This document shows, one piece after another, positions 23,385 to 35,084 of a stretch of DNA of 64,000 bases. The position numbers and the translations under genes are program-made. Positions within the stretch are counted from its first letter, which is position 1. Each line of letters opens with the position of its first letter. The notes under the pieces were generated by a model, which was given only the letters and a program-made list of their open reading frames with translations, did not search any database and was not told the DNA's origin. The DNA is from Blepharisma stoltei ATCC 30299 (lineage: Eukaryota > Protista > Ciliophora), in contig CBFDEM010000041.1 in NCBI GenBank assembly GCA_965603825.1, positions 124,001-188,000 on the forward strand, given 5' to 3'.

Positions 23385-24848
23385 TTACATATTGTCTGCT
23401 GAATTAAAATTAATATTGCTAATTGGGTAAATTTCAGCTGTAGGGAAATCAGAATCATCAGCTCTAATAATGTAAACATTCCCTGCCACGAAGACCACAA
23501 TATCAGATCCTCCACATGTAAATGGCGCAGAAAGCCTAGGACACTCTATAAACCCATTATAGCCATTTCACTTAAAAACTTGGTCAGAGCTCCTTTCATT
23601 GCACTCTCCTCCAAATAAAACCATATCAATCCCTGTACTCACAAGTGAAATAAACGCTAGGGGCACCGGCATCTGCACATGCATTAGTTCCCATCTCAAA
23701 GCATCTTTATGATATCTTTCAATTGATTTTAACGAAATTCCATTAGAATATCCTCCAAAGACATATAAATATTTATTTTCAAACCCTATAACTGATGATG
23801 AATCCCGCGCGATAATAAGATCTGCTATATTAGACCATGTATTGTTCCTTGGTGTATAAGATTTACATATTTGTGTGCTGGAATCGTTAATTTCACCTCC
23901 TAATAAAAATAGTTTTCCTCAATAATAGCAGGAAAAGCTTCATTGAGGGTATTCAAAGCCAAGGTCAAATTGTTCAATTTTGTCTTGACTGGCATAATAT
24001 TTGATAAGTTTACTTTGATTCGCTGTGCAGCCGACCATAAGGTATTCATCTCTATCTTTAGCGTAAACAACATTAAAGTGATGAAGCCTCGGCATACTCA
24101 CATTAGGGTTGATTTCCCAAGCTTGGTGAGTTATATCATACTTATAAATGTCTTTTGCAAATTCTTTGAAGAAATTAAAAGATTTTTGTATGTAGCCATT
24201 AAATTCGTCCTGCCTAGTATGGATTCTTCCTATACTCTGAAATTCGTCCTTAAAAAAAGGGTCATAATCAAACCCTGCATGAAAAGAATAAAATCTATTT
24301 TGCTTGTGAGGAGGAGGGACTGCATATTTTGTATGCAAATCATAAGTTTTTTCAATTTTTTCAGTAAAATCTAATGAGTCAAAGCTGATTTTTAGCTGAG
24401 TTAAGCTATCGAGAATATTTTTTTGAGTTTTCATCACTTTTTCGCATTCTTCAAGATCTTCTCGAATTTCTGCTTCAATAATCATGCCTTTGGAGGATGC
24501 TTCCCTTATAAGTTCGATTTCTCTAGCTTTTAAGGACTCCATTAAATCAACAAAATACCCTTCGATGTCCATTATAACCTGGCTTACCTCATTTTGGATT
24601 TGGCGCAGGTTCAGCTCTATAGATTCGTGCTCTTTGTAGCTTTGGTCATAGATTTTTTGTTGGTTTAGGAGAAATACGGAGATATCGCAGGAAAGGATGC
24701 TTGGGAGGGAAGGGTCATCTATTTTGAGGTAATCGTGCCCTAAGTGGTTCATTCCACAGCCTACACAGTAGCCATACATACACTTAGGAGTTCGACAATA
24801 GAAATCAGCGTCCTTTGGATGGTGAGTACATTTAGGCTTGGAGTCCAT
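23385..24848 (-). CDS. B-box + coiled-coil + kelch-repeat protein, ~487 aa; three TGA=Trp
   Basis: CTHH..C..C..C..C..H..H N-terminus; LFLLGG, LYVFGG and VLFGG kelch motifs after read-through. Confidence 0.82.
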
Positions 24849-25161
24849 GTTGAAACTTCTAAGTATAACAATGAGATAGCAAATTAATTTTGATAAATAA
24901 ATTAATTTTAAATAAGAAGTATTCTTATTATTTAATACAAACAAAGAAAAATAAGAAAATCGTGTCAGAAAACTATATATTAATATAATTTCTCTTAAAG
25001 TTTGTGGACATTAATTTCATTTTTAATAAATTAAGACTTGTTTTTATTTTAAAAAGAAAATCAAGGGGTTTGATTCCTATAAATAAATCATTCTTTTAAA
25101 TTTTTTAAATAGATTTGTATATGTGCTGCAGAAATTGAATAAAAATAATTATTTATTTCAT

Positions 25162-25752
25162 TTAAGTTTTCAAAGTATGTTTCCCAAAGTCAGAAACCTC
25201 TTCTAATCCACGATATACTCCAGGAATTGCTTTAGTAGACGTCAAATGATGCAAAGAACTAGCCAGCTTATAAAATTCCATCCTTGCATAATCTTCTTGT
25301 CTTCTTTGCTCTTCAATTTCTTGCTGTTTTGCATATTCATGCATTTTAGTAATTCTCCTTTCATTTTTCCCTTCAATGTGTTTCAGATATTTTTTGCGAG
25401 CTCCAAAGTCATGGAAATATTTTCGCGAATAAAATCCACGGTAAATTCTTTGAATTGCTGTAGCTGCTGATGAAAAGAACATTAAGCGGTGATGAGCAAG
25501 CTGCTGATTTATGAGTTTTCAGAAGTTTTTGCGGGTGCGATAACCGATGTAAACTCTTTTGATTATTTTGACTGCTCATTTTTCTTCGAGATAGTGCTTA
25601 CGCTGCCGATACATTCGCCAAAGGGCTTGGATTTTCACTGCTGCACTGATTTCTTTTAAGCGGAATTTTTCAGTTTCTTGGACTTCTTCATAAAAACTTT
25701 CAATTACGCTAAATCTAGGTAACTGATAGTACTCTGAATAAAATTTTGCCAT
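25162..25752 (-). CDS. SPATA17: IQ-motif protein, SPATA17-like, ~196 aa; two TGA=Trp
   Basis: AAVKIQALWRMY, AATAIQRIYRGFYSRKY, HHLTSTKAIPGVY. Confidence 0.75.
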
Positions 25753-26170
25753 TTAAAGTCTATAAGTATTGTGTTAAATATTTTAATTAATGTATATGAA
25801 ACAAGAAATTCAGAAATTTTTAAACAAAAAGGCCCTTTCTTCAATTATTCACCAGCAACTATAAACAATCACATTGATCACCTTAATAAACTAGTCCTTC
25901 TTAGCTCATTCTCTACTTATGAACCTTTTTGAAATTTCAATATTCAAAATATTTAACAGACAATTTAGCCGTATCTTATATGCAATCCAGAGAGTTTTAA
26001 TTGTATTATAATATCTAGCTTTAAAAAGATATAAAATACGTCATAAATCCAAAATTTGAAGAATCAAACTTAAATCATAAAATTAAAAACTACAACCCGC
26101 CAGTTCGAAATTGAAAAGGAAAAACCGGGAAAACATAGAGAAGAGCGCGAACAATTAAGTGATCCTTATT

Positions 26171-26704
26171 ATGAAAATCAGCTCACGGTGCTTAGTCATA
26201 GGAGCACCTCAGGTAGGTAAGACTAGTTTCATATCTCAATATCTATACTCCTACTTGCCTCCAAATCATAGTCAGACAATCCATCCTAAAGTGTATAAAT
26301 ATACTCTTAGTTTTCCCCCTCCAGCCCTATGCTTAGAAATAGATGAAATAATTTTCCTCTCAGAATTGCCTGATTTTTCATCAGCAATCCTACTTTATGA
26401 CCCAAAAAAGCCTGAAACTCTTATGCATCTCAAAGAAACTTTAGAAATTCTAAAGTCAAAAACTGATAAAATGTTTGGATGCATCATGGTCGCTCTCGTA
26501 ACAAAAAGGGACAGACTAGGCAAAGGAAAAGCTCTAGCAAAATCATTTGGAGTAAAATTTTTGACAGCCGACATAAAAAGTCGGGACTCCGTACAAAGGT
26601 GCTTTGCTTTTTCTCTAAAATGGGCAAGAAAAAATCTCATTTGGGAAGCCAGAAAAAACGCGCTAGCCCTTAGAGAGTCACTAAAGAGTTTCAGGCTCGT
26701 TTAA
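26171..26704 (+). CDS. Divergent Ras-superfamily small GTPase-like protein
   Basis: G1 GAPQVGKT and G4-like TKRD present; no DxxG and no prenylation motif. Confidence 0.65.
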   Translation: MKISSRCLVIGAPQVGKTSFISQYLYSYLPPNHSQTIHPKVYKYTLSFPPPALCLEIDEIIFLSELPDFSSAILLYDPKKPETLMHLKETLEILKSKTDKMFGCIMVALVTKRDRLGKGKALAKSFGVKFLTADIKSRDSVQRCFAFSLKWARKNLIWEARKNALALRESLKSFRLV

Positions 26705-26727
26705 TTAAAATGCTTAATAATTTAAAG

Positions 26728-29424
26728 TTATTTATTCAAATTGGCTCTAATATTCTGAAGGCTTTCAAATTTTGCTTTAAAATTCTTTTTTTCAAGCTGC
26801 GGTATTATTTCATTAATAATTTCTACGGCCAGCTCATTTTGGTTTGATTCCTGCAGTAAAATAATTTTCCAATAAAGTGCTTTGCACGCAGCATTTTCTT
26901 TGAAACTTTCTTTTTTCTCATATCTTAATAACGATAAATAGTCTTCCAACGCACACAGTCCGTCATTAATATTTTGTCTATACTGGGCTGAATATTTGCC
27001 AATTTTATACAGAAATGTTGGGTCAGAGCTAACGGAAAATCCTGATAGTGAATTTGGCCCTGATGGGGTAGGAGTCATAATAGGTATCGGCTCCATGCTT
27101 TCAAGGTTTTCTTCATCTTCAGTTTTTATTGCCAGACTATTGAATTTTTTAAAGCTTTTGTGGGTCTTCATCACGTCACTAAAGTGGGCCACCTTTTTCC
27201 TCCCATGAGCAGGCACAGATGGATCTGGTTGTGGAGCTGCCTCTTCTTCTAAAAATTTAAATAAAAATTCTCTGTTTGAATGGGGAATTTTCATTTTTTT
27301 GATAGAGTCAATATTTTTAGGCATCGTGATATTCATAAATGAGTTCCTAGGGCTCCCAAAGTTATAAAAATCTACTGAGTCTCGAGGGATTATAGAAGCT
27401 TGACTTATATCTTGGATAGTGTCTGAGTCTTTAAGTCGTTTTGTATAAGGAATTTCTATATACGGGAGTATAGGGAATACCTTTGCCAAGCATTTTAAGG
27501 TAACTATAGCTTTTGAGACTTGCGAATTTTTGACTAAAATTTTTGCAAATAAAATATGTGCCCTCATTCACACTGGGGCTGGGACTTGGGAATTTTTACA
27601 TTTTAATATCATTTCTTGTCCTATAGCTTTCATAGTTTTGTATTCTTTTTTCATTTCTAAATATTTAAGCAGCTGAAAATATGCAAGCATTTTGGTATTA
27701 GACATATATGCTGCAGATTCAAGCTCCCTTAAAGCATCTTCTTCAAGCCCTTGAGCCCACAGTAATTTAGCATGTAAAACTTCTCCTGTCAATTTTTGGT
27801 AAACTGAAATTTCTTTGCATAGCCTAAAGCACTTTTCCTGGTTTTCATTGACTAAATTATTTTTTAAAACATGCTCAATTTCTTCATAGGCTGCTATGTT
27901 TGGACCCATTTCTTGGATCATTCTTTTAAGCTCAGTCGATTTGCGTTTTTCAGAATGGTCTAAGTGCTTTAAAGAGTCTTTCATAGCATGATATGCTTCA
28001 ATATGCTGCCGGCTTAACATATATGCTTTGGATAATCAATAATAAATACAGCCATAGCGATATTTATCAGAAAGCCTTAAAGTTTCTTGTAAGGCTCCTA
28101 TAGCGCTGCCATTAAATGAAAGATCTTCTGACTTTGTACATATTCTTCCATAATGATATAAAAAAATAGGATAACTTGGATTTTCTATAAATTTTTGCTG
28201 CAAAATTTCTATTGCATTTTTTAGTTTTCCCATTTTATAGCAGCTTTTAGCGTAATTTATACAGAATAAGGTGTAATAGTGGGTGTACTCAGGGTCAGCA
28301 ACTCTGATAAATCCTTCAAATGAAATATCAAGAGCTTGTTCATAGTCCTTTACAGTGTAATAATAATGCTGCCAGAGCTTGATATAAGCTTCAGGTCTAT
28401 CAGGGTATCCATTAACAAGCTCTTTAAGCACATGCAGCCCTTTTTGTCACTCTTTTTCGTCTTCAAATAGTATTTCGCTCCAAGCCAGATATCCATAATA
28501 GTCATCAATTTCTTTGATTTGATAAGCAAAATATTTAGGTAAATCAATATTAGTATCTACAGAAAACACCTTTTTTATGGAAATTTCCATAAGTGCCCAA
28601 AGCACTTCCAGCTGTTTTTCAGCTGTGCTCAAAACTTTATATGAGTCTTTATAAACATTTTTGGGCTCTTCTTTTTCTCGGTTTCCACAGCAAATTAGAC
28701 CTATTTATGGGTTACTGTCTAAGAAGGAAGGACTTGGAGGGGCTTGCTTTTCTGAGCGGCGATCATTGGGAAGTCTCATATTCAAAGCTATGTACCAAAG
28801 ATTATAAATTGTATCTTGAGGCATTATTGATAAAGCTTTCTTAATATGCTGAATAGCCACAACATACTTCCCCTCATGTGCCATAAGCCTTCCTAGCCCA
28901 AAATATGCTTCATGCGATTTTTCGCTCTTATTCAGCATTTCTGTGAAAACAACCTTACACTCCTGAAGCTCATAGTCTGGAATCGTATTTTGGACGCCTT
29001 TATTTTTTACAATAAACCAAGAAAAACACGAATTTTGGTCAATCACAACCTCAGTTTCAGTCCTTTCATTTTCTGGGTTTACAGGCATCTCAATACGCTG
29101 TTTTCTTAATTCTTCAAGCTGCTGTTGTGCCATTTCGTTAAATTTCTCTGAGTTATACTGAGAAAGCCTTGGGGAGTCTGAGATTCCTCTATATAGAATT
29201 TACAGCTTGGATTTTATTGCTTTATTTCTGGAAGAAACCTTTATTTGAGATTTACAAATTTTTACGAATTCTTCTGGGGTGTATTCTAATGGGCGAGTAT
29301 CTTCTGTCATTTTGAAGCGAGAAATTCCAATGCTATGCCGCTGATCGTTTTCATCAGGAAGGGAATCAAGGTTTTTATAGTCGCCTTGGCTGTTGTCTGT
29401 AGGCACACTTTCAGCCACGTACAT
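26728..29424 (-). CDS. Large TPR-repeat protein, ~888 aa; introns 29189-29203 and 28701-28715; TGA=Trp at 28447, 28036, 27568
   Basis: Six track ORFs lie in one frame and are joined by two introns and three TGA codons; TPR-like EAYFGLGRL, PDRPEAYIKL. Confidence 0.82.
28701..28715 (-). other. 15-nt intron (phase 1)
   Basis: gtaacccataaatag. Confidence 0.85.
29189..29203 (-). other. 15-nt intron (phase 2)
   Basis: gtaaattctatatag. Confidence 0.85.
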
Positions 29425-29870
29425 TTATTATAAACTTATTCGTTTTACTTCAATTAGGTTTCTGACTAAGAAATAACTAAGAGGTTGACTTATATATATT
29501 AATTTTATTTGTTGCTGAATCAATTATATATAAGCTTAAATAGTCAGATATGCGTTTTTAAGTTATTTGTGCTTGTTGAATTTGTTGTAAATTTGCAATG
29601 GCAGAAAATATTGACTAATAATTTTTTATGAATTTACGGCGCATTTAAGGAAAATATTATTTTATTTATCATCTAAATTAAGTTAAATTGCCTATAAAAC
29701 AGCTCAAAACTAGCGAAATTACCATAATGAGAAATTGATTTAATATAATAGCTATGCTTAGTTTATGTTTCTAATCAAAATTATTTTTATTGTATTTTTA
29801 CTTCCTTGGGCTTTTTTCAAAAGTCTATTCCGATTATGTAAATAGATTTATATGGCTTTATGGCATTAAA

Positions 29871-31610
29871 ATGTCTAATTGGGAGGAATTAGGGCTAAAT
29901 CCAACTTTATCACAAATCATCTCAGAGAAATTTGGCTTTGCAAAACCTACACCAGTCCAAAAAGCTGGCATCCCTTTGTTTATCGGAAACAAAGACATAT
30001 GCGTAGAATCATGCACAGGATCGGGCAAAACTCTTACCTTCCTTCTTCCAATTTTCCACAAATTGATGGAACAAGGCCCAATCAAAGGTACTTTTGGAAT
30101 AATTCTTGCTCCAGCTAGAGAGCTCGCAAACCAAATCCACGAAGTCGCAGTCAAAATTAATGAAAACCTTGAAAATCCATATTCACTCCAATGCCTTATT
30201 GGAGGCCACTCAAAGCCAGAAGATATCGAAAAAATTGAAAATCAAGGAGCAAATATTATTATTGCAACCCCTGGAAGAATTTTGGATTTATTAAATATAA
30301 GTGATTTAATTATTTTGAAAGACCTTGGAGTTCTTGTTTTAGACGAAGCTGATCGTTTATTAGACCTTGGGTTTAAAGAGTCCATACATTTTGTTATTGA
30401 CAAGCTTCCTAAACAGAGAAGAACTGGGCTGTTTTCTGCAACCATGACAACCCAAGTCGAAGAATTGATAAAAGCTGGACTCAGAAACCCTGCTTATATT
30501 ACAATTAAAGTAAAATCACAGATATCTAGCACAAAATCTGGCTCAGTAAAGCATGAGCTTCCTAAAGGATTAACAAATTACTATATGAGCTTCCATAATT
30601 ATTTAGAAAAACTCCCAGCATTATGCAATTTTTTAATTGCCCATCAAGAGGAAAGGATCATTATTTTTTTTGCAACCTGTGCAAGCACGAATTTTTATAA
30701 GTGTTTATTGTCAAGGCTGCCTCAATTAAATAGGCTAAAAATTATGAGGCTTCATGGCCAAATGAAGCAAAATCAACGTGAAAAAGTGTATAAAGAATTT
30801 GACGAGTCAGAAAAAGGAGTATTATTGACAACTGATTTAATTGCAAGAGGGATCGATTTTCCGAATGTAAATTGGATTATACAGTATGATCCTCCTCAAA
30901 ATCCAGATTTTTTTGTGCATAGGATAGGAAGAACTGCAAGGGCAAATAAAATTGGCCAGACATTGATTTTTTTGATTGAAAATGAGCTAACTTTTCTTGA
31001 GTTTATGAGGCTGAGAAATATTGATTTAGAAAACACAAGCGTTGGTTTAGATTTTGATCATGACCAAGCAAGCCAAACTGTAATTGAAGATAGAGAAGTT
31101 TATGATAAAGCTCAGCGAGCTTTTGTTGCTTATATAAGATACTACAAAGAGCATCAGCTGCATTACATTTTTGAGCTAAAACATTTAGACATTGGATTTT
31201 TAGCTCGATCCTTTTATTTATTACGCATTCCTCGTGTAAAAGAAATCTTGGGTAAAGAAATTCCAAACTTTATCCAATCAGATATAGACCCATCCACCAT
31301 CACATACAAAGACCCTATAAAAGAATCAATCCGCCAAAAAGAATTAAAGCGCAAAGAAGAAGAATTACTAGAAAAACAAAAAGCTAAACAAAAACTCAAC
31401 AAAAAATCCGAAAAATTCCCAAGAAAAAGATCAAGGACAGAAAAAAGAGAAGCCAAGCGAAAAGCAATTGAAGAAGACTGGGACGAGCTCGGCGCTGAAG
31501 AACGAATTATTAAAAAAATTAAAAAAGGCAAAATGACTGACCCTGACGTGGTCAACTACATAGAAGGCTGCCCGAAGATAAAATCCTTATTCAGGAAGAA
31601 AAAACACTAA
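29871..31610 (+). CDS. DDX55: DEAD-box RNA helicase DDX55/Spb4
   Basis: TGSGKT, DEAD, LPKQRRTGLFSAT, HRIGRTAR, AFVAYIRYYKEH, Lys-rich tail. Confidence 0.9.
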   Translation: MSNWEELGLNPTLSQIISEKFGFAKPTPVQKAGIPLFIGNKDICVESCTGSGKTLTFLLPIFHKLMEQGPIKGTFGIILAPARELANQIHEVAVKINENLENPYSLQCLIGGHSKPEDIEKIENQGANIIIATPGRILDLLNISDLIILKDLGVLVLDEADRLLDLGFKESIHFVIDKLPKQRRTGLFSATMTTQVEELIKAGLRNPAYITIKVKSQISSTKSGSVKHELPKGLTNYYMSFHNYLEKLPALCNFLIAHQEERIIIFFATCASTNFYKCLLSRLPQLNRLKIMRLHGQMKQNQREKVYKEFDESEKGVLLTTDLIARGIDFPNVNWIIQYDPPQNPDFFVHRIGRTARANKIGQTLIFLIENELTFLEFMRLRNIDLENTSVGLDFDHDQASQTVIEDREVYDKAQRAFVAYIRYYKEHQLHYIFELKHLDIGFLARSFYLLRIPRVKEILGKEIPNFIQSDIDPSTITYKDPIKESIRQKELKRKEEELLEKQKAKQKLNKKSEKFPRKRSRTEKREAKRKAIEEDWDELGAEERIIKKIKKGKMTDPDVVNYIEGCPKIKSLFRKKKH

Positions 31611-31625
31611 CTGATATAGAATTTT

Positions 31626-32648
31626 TTACTCTAAAAGTTCTTTAGACTGGTCTTCTAAGTGCTTCAAGACTTCATTGACAGTTCCTTTCCATTCTCCTAG
31701 TCTTTGTTGAATTAAGTGAACTCTTGATGAGTCTAAAACTCTTGGCTGAAGCCACGTTACCCTCACTGTCTTGCTGACCTCATCAATTTCTCCTTTAATT
31801 AGTTCTAGTGCCATAGCTTTCATTAGCAGCCATTCTATTTCATTTTCTGGGACGTCCATAACTCCTCCTAGCTCATTAAATTCTAGCAGCCATTTATCGT
31901 TTTTAAAGATATATTCCATAAGAGCCAAAATCCTGACTTTTCTGATAAGCTCAGGCGTTTTTAACTCCTGAGGGAAGCTTGGGAATCTGGCTTCGATTTC
32001 TCTGACGTTGCCTTGGTCGGATAAATGTAAAAGCTCATAAATCCAATGGTGTTTGCTGCCTTCAAGGGATTTAAACAAAGGCTGCTGCATAAGTTCTCCT
32101 AGATTGTATATTTTTTCAGCGACAAGAACGGCGACTGCAAGCTGAAAAGCCAAGTTTTCTCTATCTTTTACGTCTTCAGGAGAAGTGTAGGCTAGATATT
32201 GCAAACTATAGCGGTAAAACAGCTCAGGGTTCTTTTTAGCTTTATGAACTTCAGCTAGGGCTCCATATAGATGAGAATATAAGACGCTGTCTAAGTCTGA
32301 TAGCACTTCGACTTCTTTTTGGGCAGCTTCTAACATTTGTGTTGCTTCAGACAAATTGCCTTGTTTCAATGACTGGCTCCCGATCGCAATTCTCAATAAA
32401 AGTCCTGACTGTATATCAGTCGCCTGCACATTTTCTAGAAATACGCGGGCTGATGCAGGGTCTTGCCACTCTGACGCTTTAATTGCAAGAATCACAAGTT
32501 TTACCTGATTGAGTCTTTCCGAAAACTGGATTATATGAGGCCAAATATTGCTAAGCACTGTCCCATCTAAAGTTAACAGTTTTTCTGTAAGTTCATGCCA
32601 AAGCCTTTTTTCATAAAGCGCTCTGATATCAGGAGCTAATTGTTCCAT
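31626..32648 (-). CDS. RPN9: 26S proteasome lid subunit Rpn9/PSMD13
   Basis: LYEKRLWHELT, IYNLGEL, LLMKAMALELIKGEIDEV, WLQPRVLD; the only ATG upstream of the conserved N-terminus is 32648. Confidence 0.92.
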   Translation of the reverse strand: MEQLAPDIRALYEKRLWHELTEKLLTLDGTVLSNIWPHIIQFSERLNQVKLVILAIKASEWQDPASARVFLENVQATDIQSGLLLRIAIGSQSLKQGNLSEATQMLEAAQKEVEVLSDLDSVLYSHLYGALAEVHKAKKNPELFYRYSLQYLAYTSPEDVKDRENLAFQLAVAVLVAEKIYNLGELMQQPLFKSLEGSKHHWIYELLHLSDQGNVREIEARFPSFPQELKTPELIRKVRILALMEYIFKNDKWLLEFNELGGVMDVPENEIEWLLMKAMALELIKGEIDEVSKTVRVTWLQPRVLDSSRVHLIQQRLGEWKGTVNEVLKHLEDQSKELLE

Positions 32649-32654
32649 ATTATA

Positions 32655-33362
32655 ATGGCAAAATCCAGACAAGAGTACGTCAAAAATTTTGAGGTCCACA
32701 GTACAATTTTGCCATCAACCTGAATGGTAGCAAGGCTTGATGGGAATTCTTTTACAAAATTCTGCGAAACCCATGGATTTGTGAAGCCTAATGATATAAG
32801 GGCGCTATCTCTTATGAATGAAGCAGCAATATATGTATGTAAGCAGCTTCCTGATATTGTGGTTGCATATGGACAATCAGATGAGTATAGCTTTATTTTT
32901 AGTAAAAAATCGAACGTGTATGGGAGGAGGATTGAAAAAATTTTAAGTATTGTGATTTCAATGTTTACAAGTGCTTATGTTTATAATTGGAATAGGTTTT
33001 TTGACATCCCATTGCAGCATCCACCTGTTTTTGATGGAAGAATTGTATGCTATCCGAATGATGAAATTATGATGGACTATATGCGATGAAGACAAGCCGA
33101 TTGCCATGTGAATAATCTTTATAATACAATTTTCTGGGCTATTGTACATAGTGGAAAAACTACTACAGAAGCCCATGAACAGCTAAAAGGGTCTACAAGT
33201 GCAGTCAAAAATGAAAGGCTTTTTACAGAGTTTGGGATTAATTATAATAATGAGCCTGAGATTTTTAGGAAAGGAACTGCTCTGATAAAGCCATTGTATG
33301 AGCCTACACATGAGGATGTGTTCAAAGAAGAATTCTATAGAAATCATGGGATTATTGAATAA
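32655..33362 (+). CDS. THG1: tRNA(His) guanylyltransferase, ~235 aa; TGA=Trp at 32721 and 33087
   Basis: [13 protein letters not shown], [W][20 protein letters not shown], [W][27 protein letters not shown]. Confidence 0.95.
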
Positions 33363-33900
33363 ATTAAATTTATTTTATAGTTAAAATGGAAGAGAAAATA
33401 TTGCTAGATCCTAAGTTGGAGAATTAGTGGGATTTTAGTTGGAACCTCCTGAAAACAAGCACAATAGTAAACAGCGACGAAACTGTTTTGGAGACCGTAA
33501 AAAACAAGGCAGCTAAAAAACTCGCAAAATTGGAAGTGTATTCAGAAAGGGGATACCATGTTATAATTATTTTACATACTGTTATAGTTTTGAAATGATA
33601 ATCAATCAAATTGCGCCTTCCTTTATTATTTGGCTATAAATTTAGCTTTAAAATTTTTTGCCGTTTTTATAAAATTTTTTGATTGCTTTGCCTCTTCCAA
33701 TTTTTCCTTTCCCAAAATAGTTCAAGTTTTTTATATCTTAAATCAACCTCCAAGCTGAATCCAATCCCTAGAGCAGGTCCTCATCAGACAGAAAGAATCT
33801 TAATCGCCAGTCTATTGCAGAATTGAAGAATGCAAAAATTAGCATTTTTTAAAAAGAGACTATCTTTTAATTTAATTTATCCTTAATTTCTGCAATTTAA

Positions 33901-34794
33901 CTAAAAACTAGGATAATTTGGGTAGACTAGCGGTAATGATGGCTGCTGTTCTGAATGCTTATATGGCAACGAATAGTTAGGTGCGCAGCATCTATTATGC
34001 TTGCAAGCTGGCGTCCCAGCCTCCTGCAGTTTTTGAATGACATCTGCAGGAATCGGCTCCCCATCCTCAATTTTCTTCGCATAGCTATGCAGTGACTTGC
34101 ATTTTTTAACATATGCCCTCAAAATCCCAACTTTATCATCTTTATGCTCCTGAAAATTAAATCCAAATTTTCTTCCGAACCTTAATTGAAGCAAATAATC
34201 GTCAAGTGATTTCTTTGAAATCCCTACCTTGGCAGCTGCTTCTTCAAGGGTCATTTTTTGTAATTCTCCTTTGCTATTAGGTGTCCCATTATAAAGTTTT
34301 CGCCACTTGCTGACCTTTTCAATGATATAGCCGATTTTTCGTTCTTTGGTGCGTCTTGAGGACTTGTGATCGGCTGATCCTTCTTCTTCGGGCTTAGATT
34401 TGGTGCTAGGAGTGGAGCCTAAGGTGACGACAGTCCCGAATTTGTTTCGGATTGCTCCTCGGCAAGTTAAAGAAAGTTTGTTATCTTTAAGCTCAAACAT
34501 AGGGATTGATATAGAAAATGGTAAAGGATCATTCCCACAGTACACGTTTAAGCGGGCTGTAGGGGAATAATATCATATCATTGCGTTGTCTAAAGGGTAG
34601 CCAAGCGTTTTTAAATAGTTAACCAAAGGCGCTAAAAGAACTTCAGAAACACAATTACAGACAAGATGAGGATCTGTAACGTTGCTTATAAGCTCTGTCT
34701 CCACATTTGGTGGAGTACCGAATTGAAGTTGAATTTCGACCGAGCCAGGACGGTTTATGGGAGAGTCAGGTTTGCCGCTTGAATCTGAGTCCAT
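33901..34794 (-). CDS. Ciliate-type hypothetical protein with an HTH-like segment, ~297 aa; TGA=Trp at 34573
   Basis: Two ORFs in one frame; RRTKERKIG..KVSKWRKLY, TLEEAAAKVGISKKSLDDYL. Confidence 0.78.
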
Positions 34795-35084
34795 ATTAAT
34801 TTAGTATGCGGATTGTTACTTGCTATTTACTAATCTTATCTGAATAAAAAATTTAGAGTTAAATTAAATAATATTTATAAATATTTTAGCTATTAAAGGA
34901 AAAGGAGAAAATATGTTAGAGAATAATAAATAGAAATTTTAAGCTAAATTAATAAATGCAACAAAAAGAGTTTATTATATTATTTAATTTTAAGGAAATT
35001 ATGAAGAATAAATTTAATATATTTTAGAGATTTAAATGTAATTAATTTTAGTATATAAAATAAATTTTTATGTTTAAGGATTAA

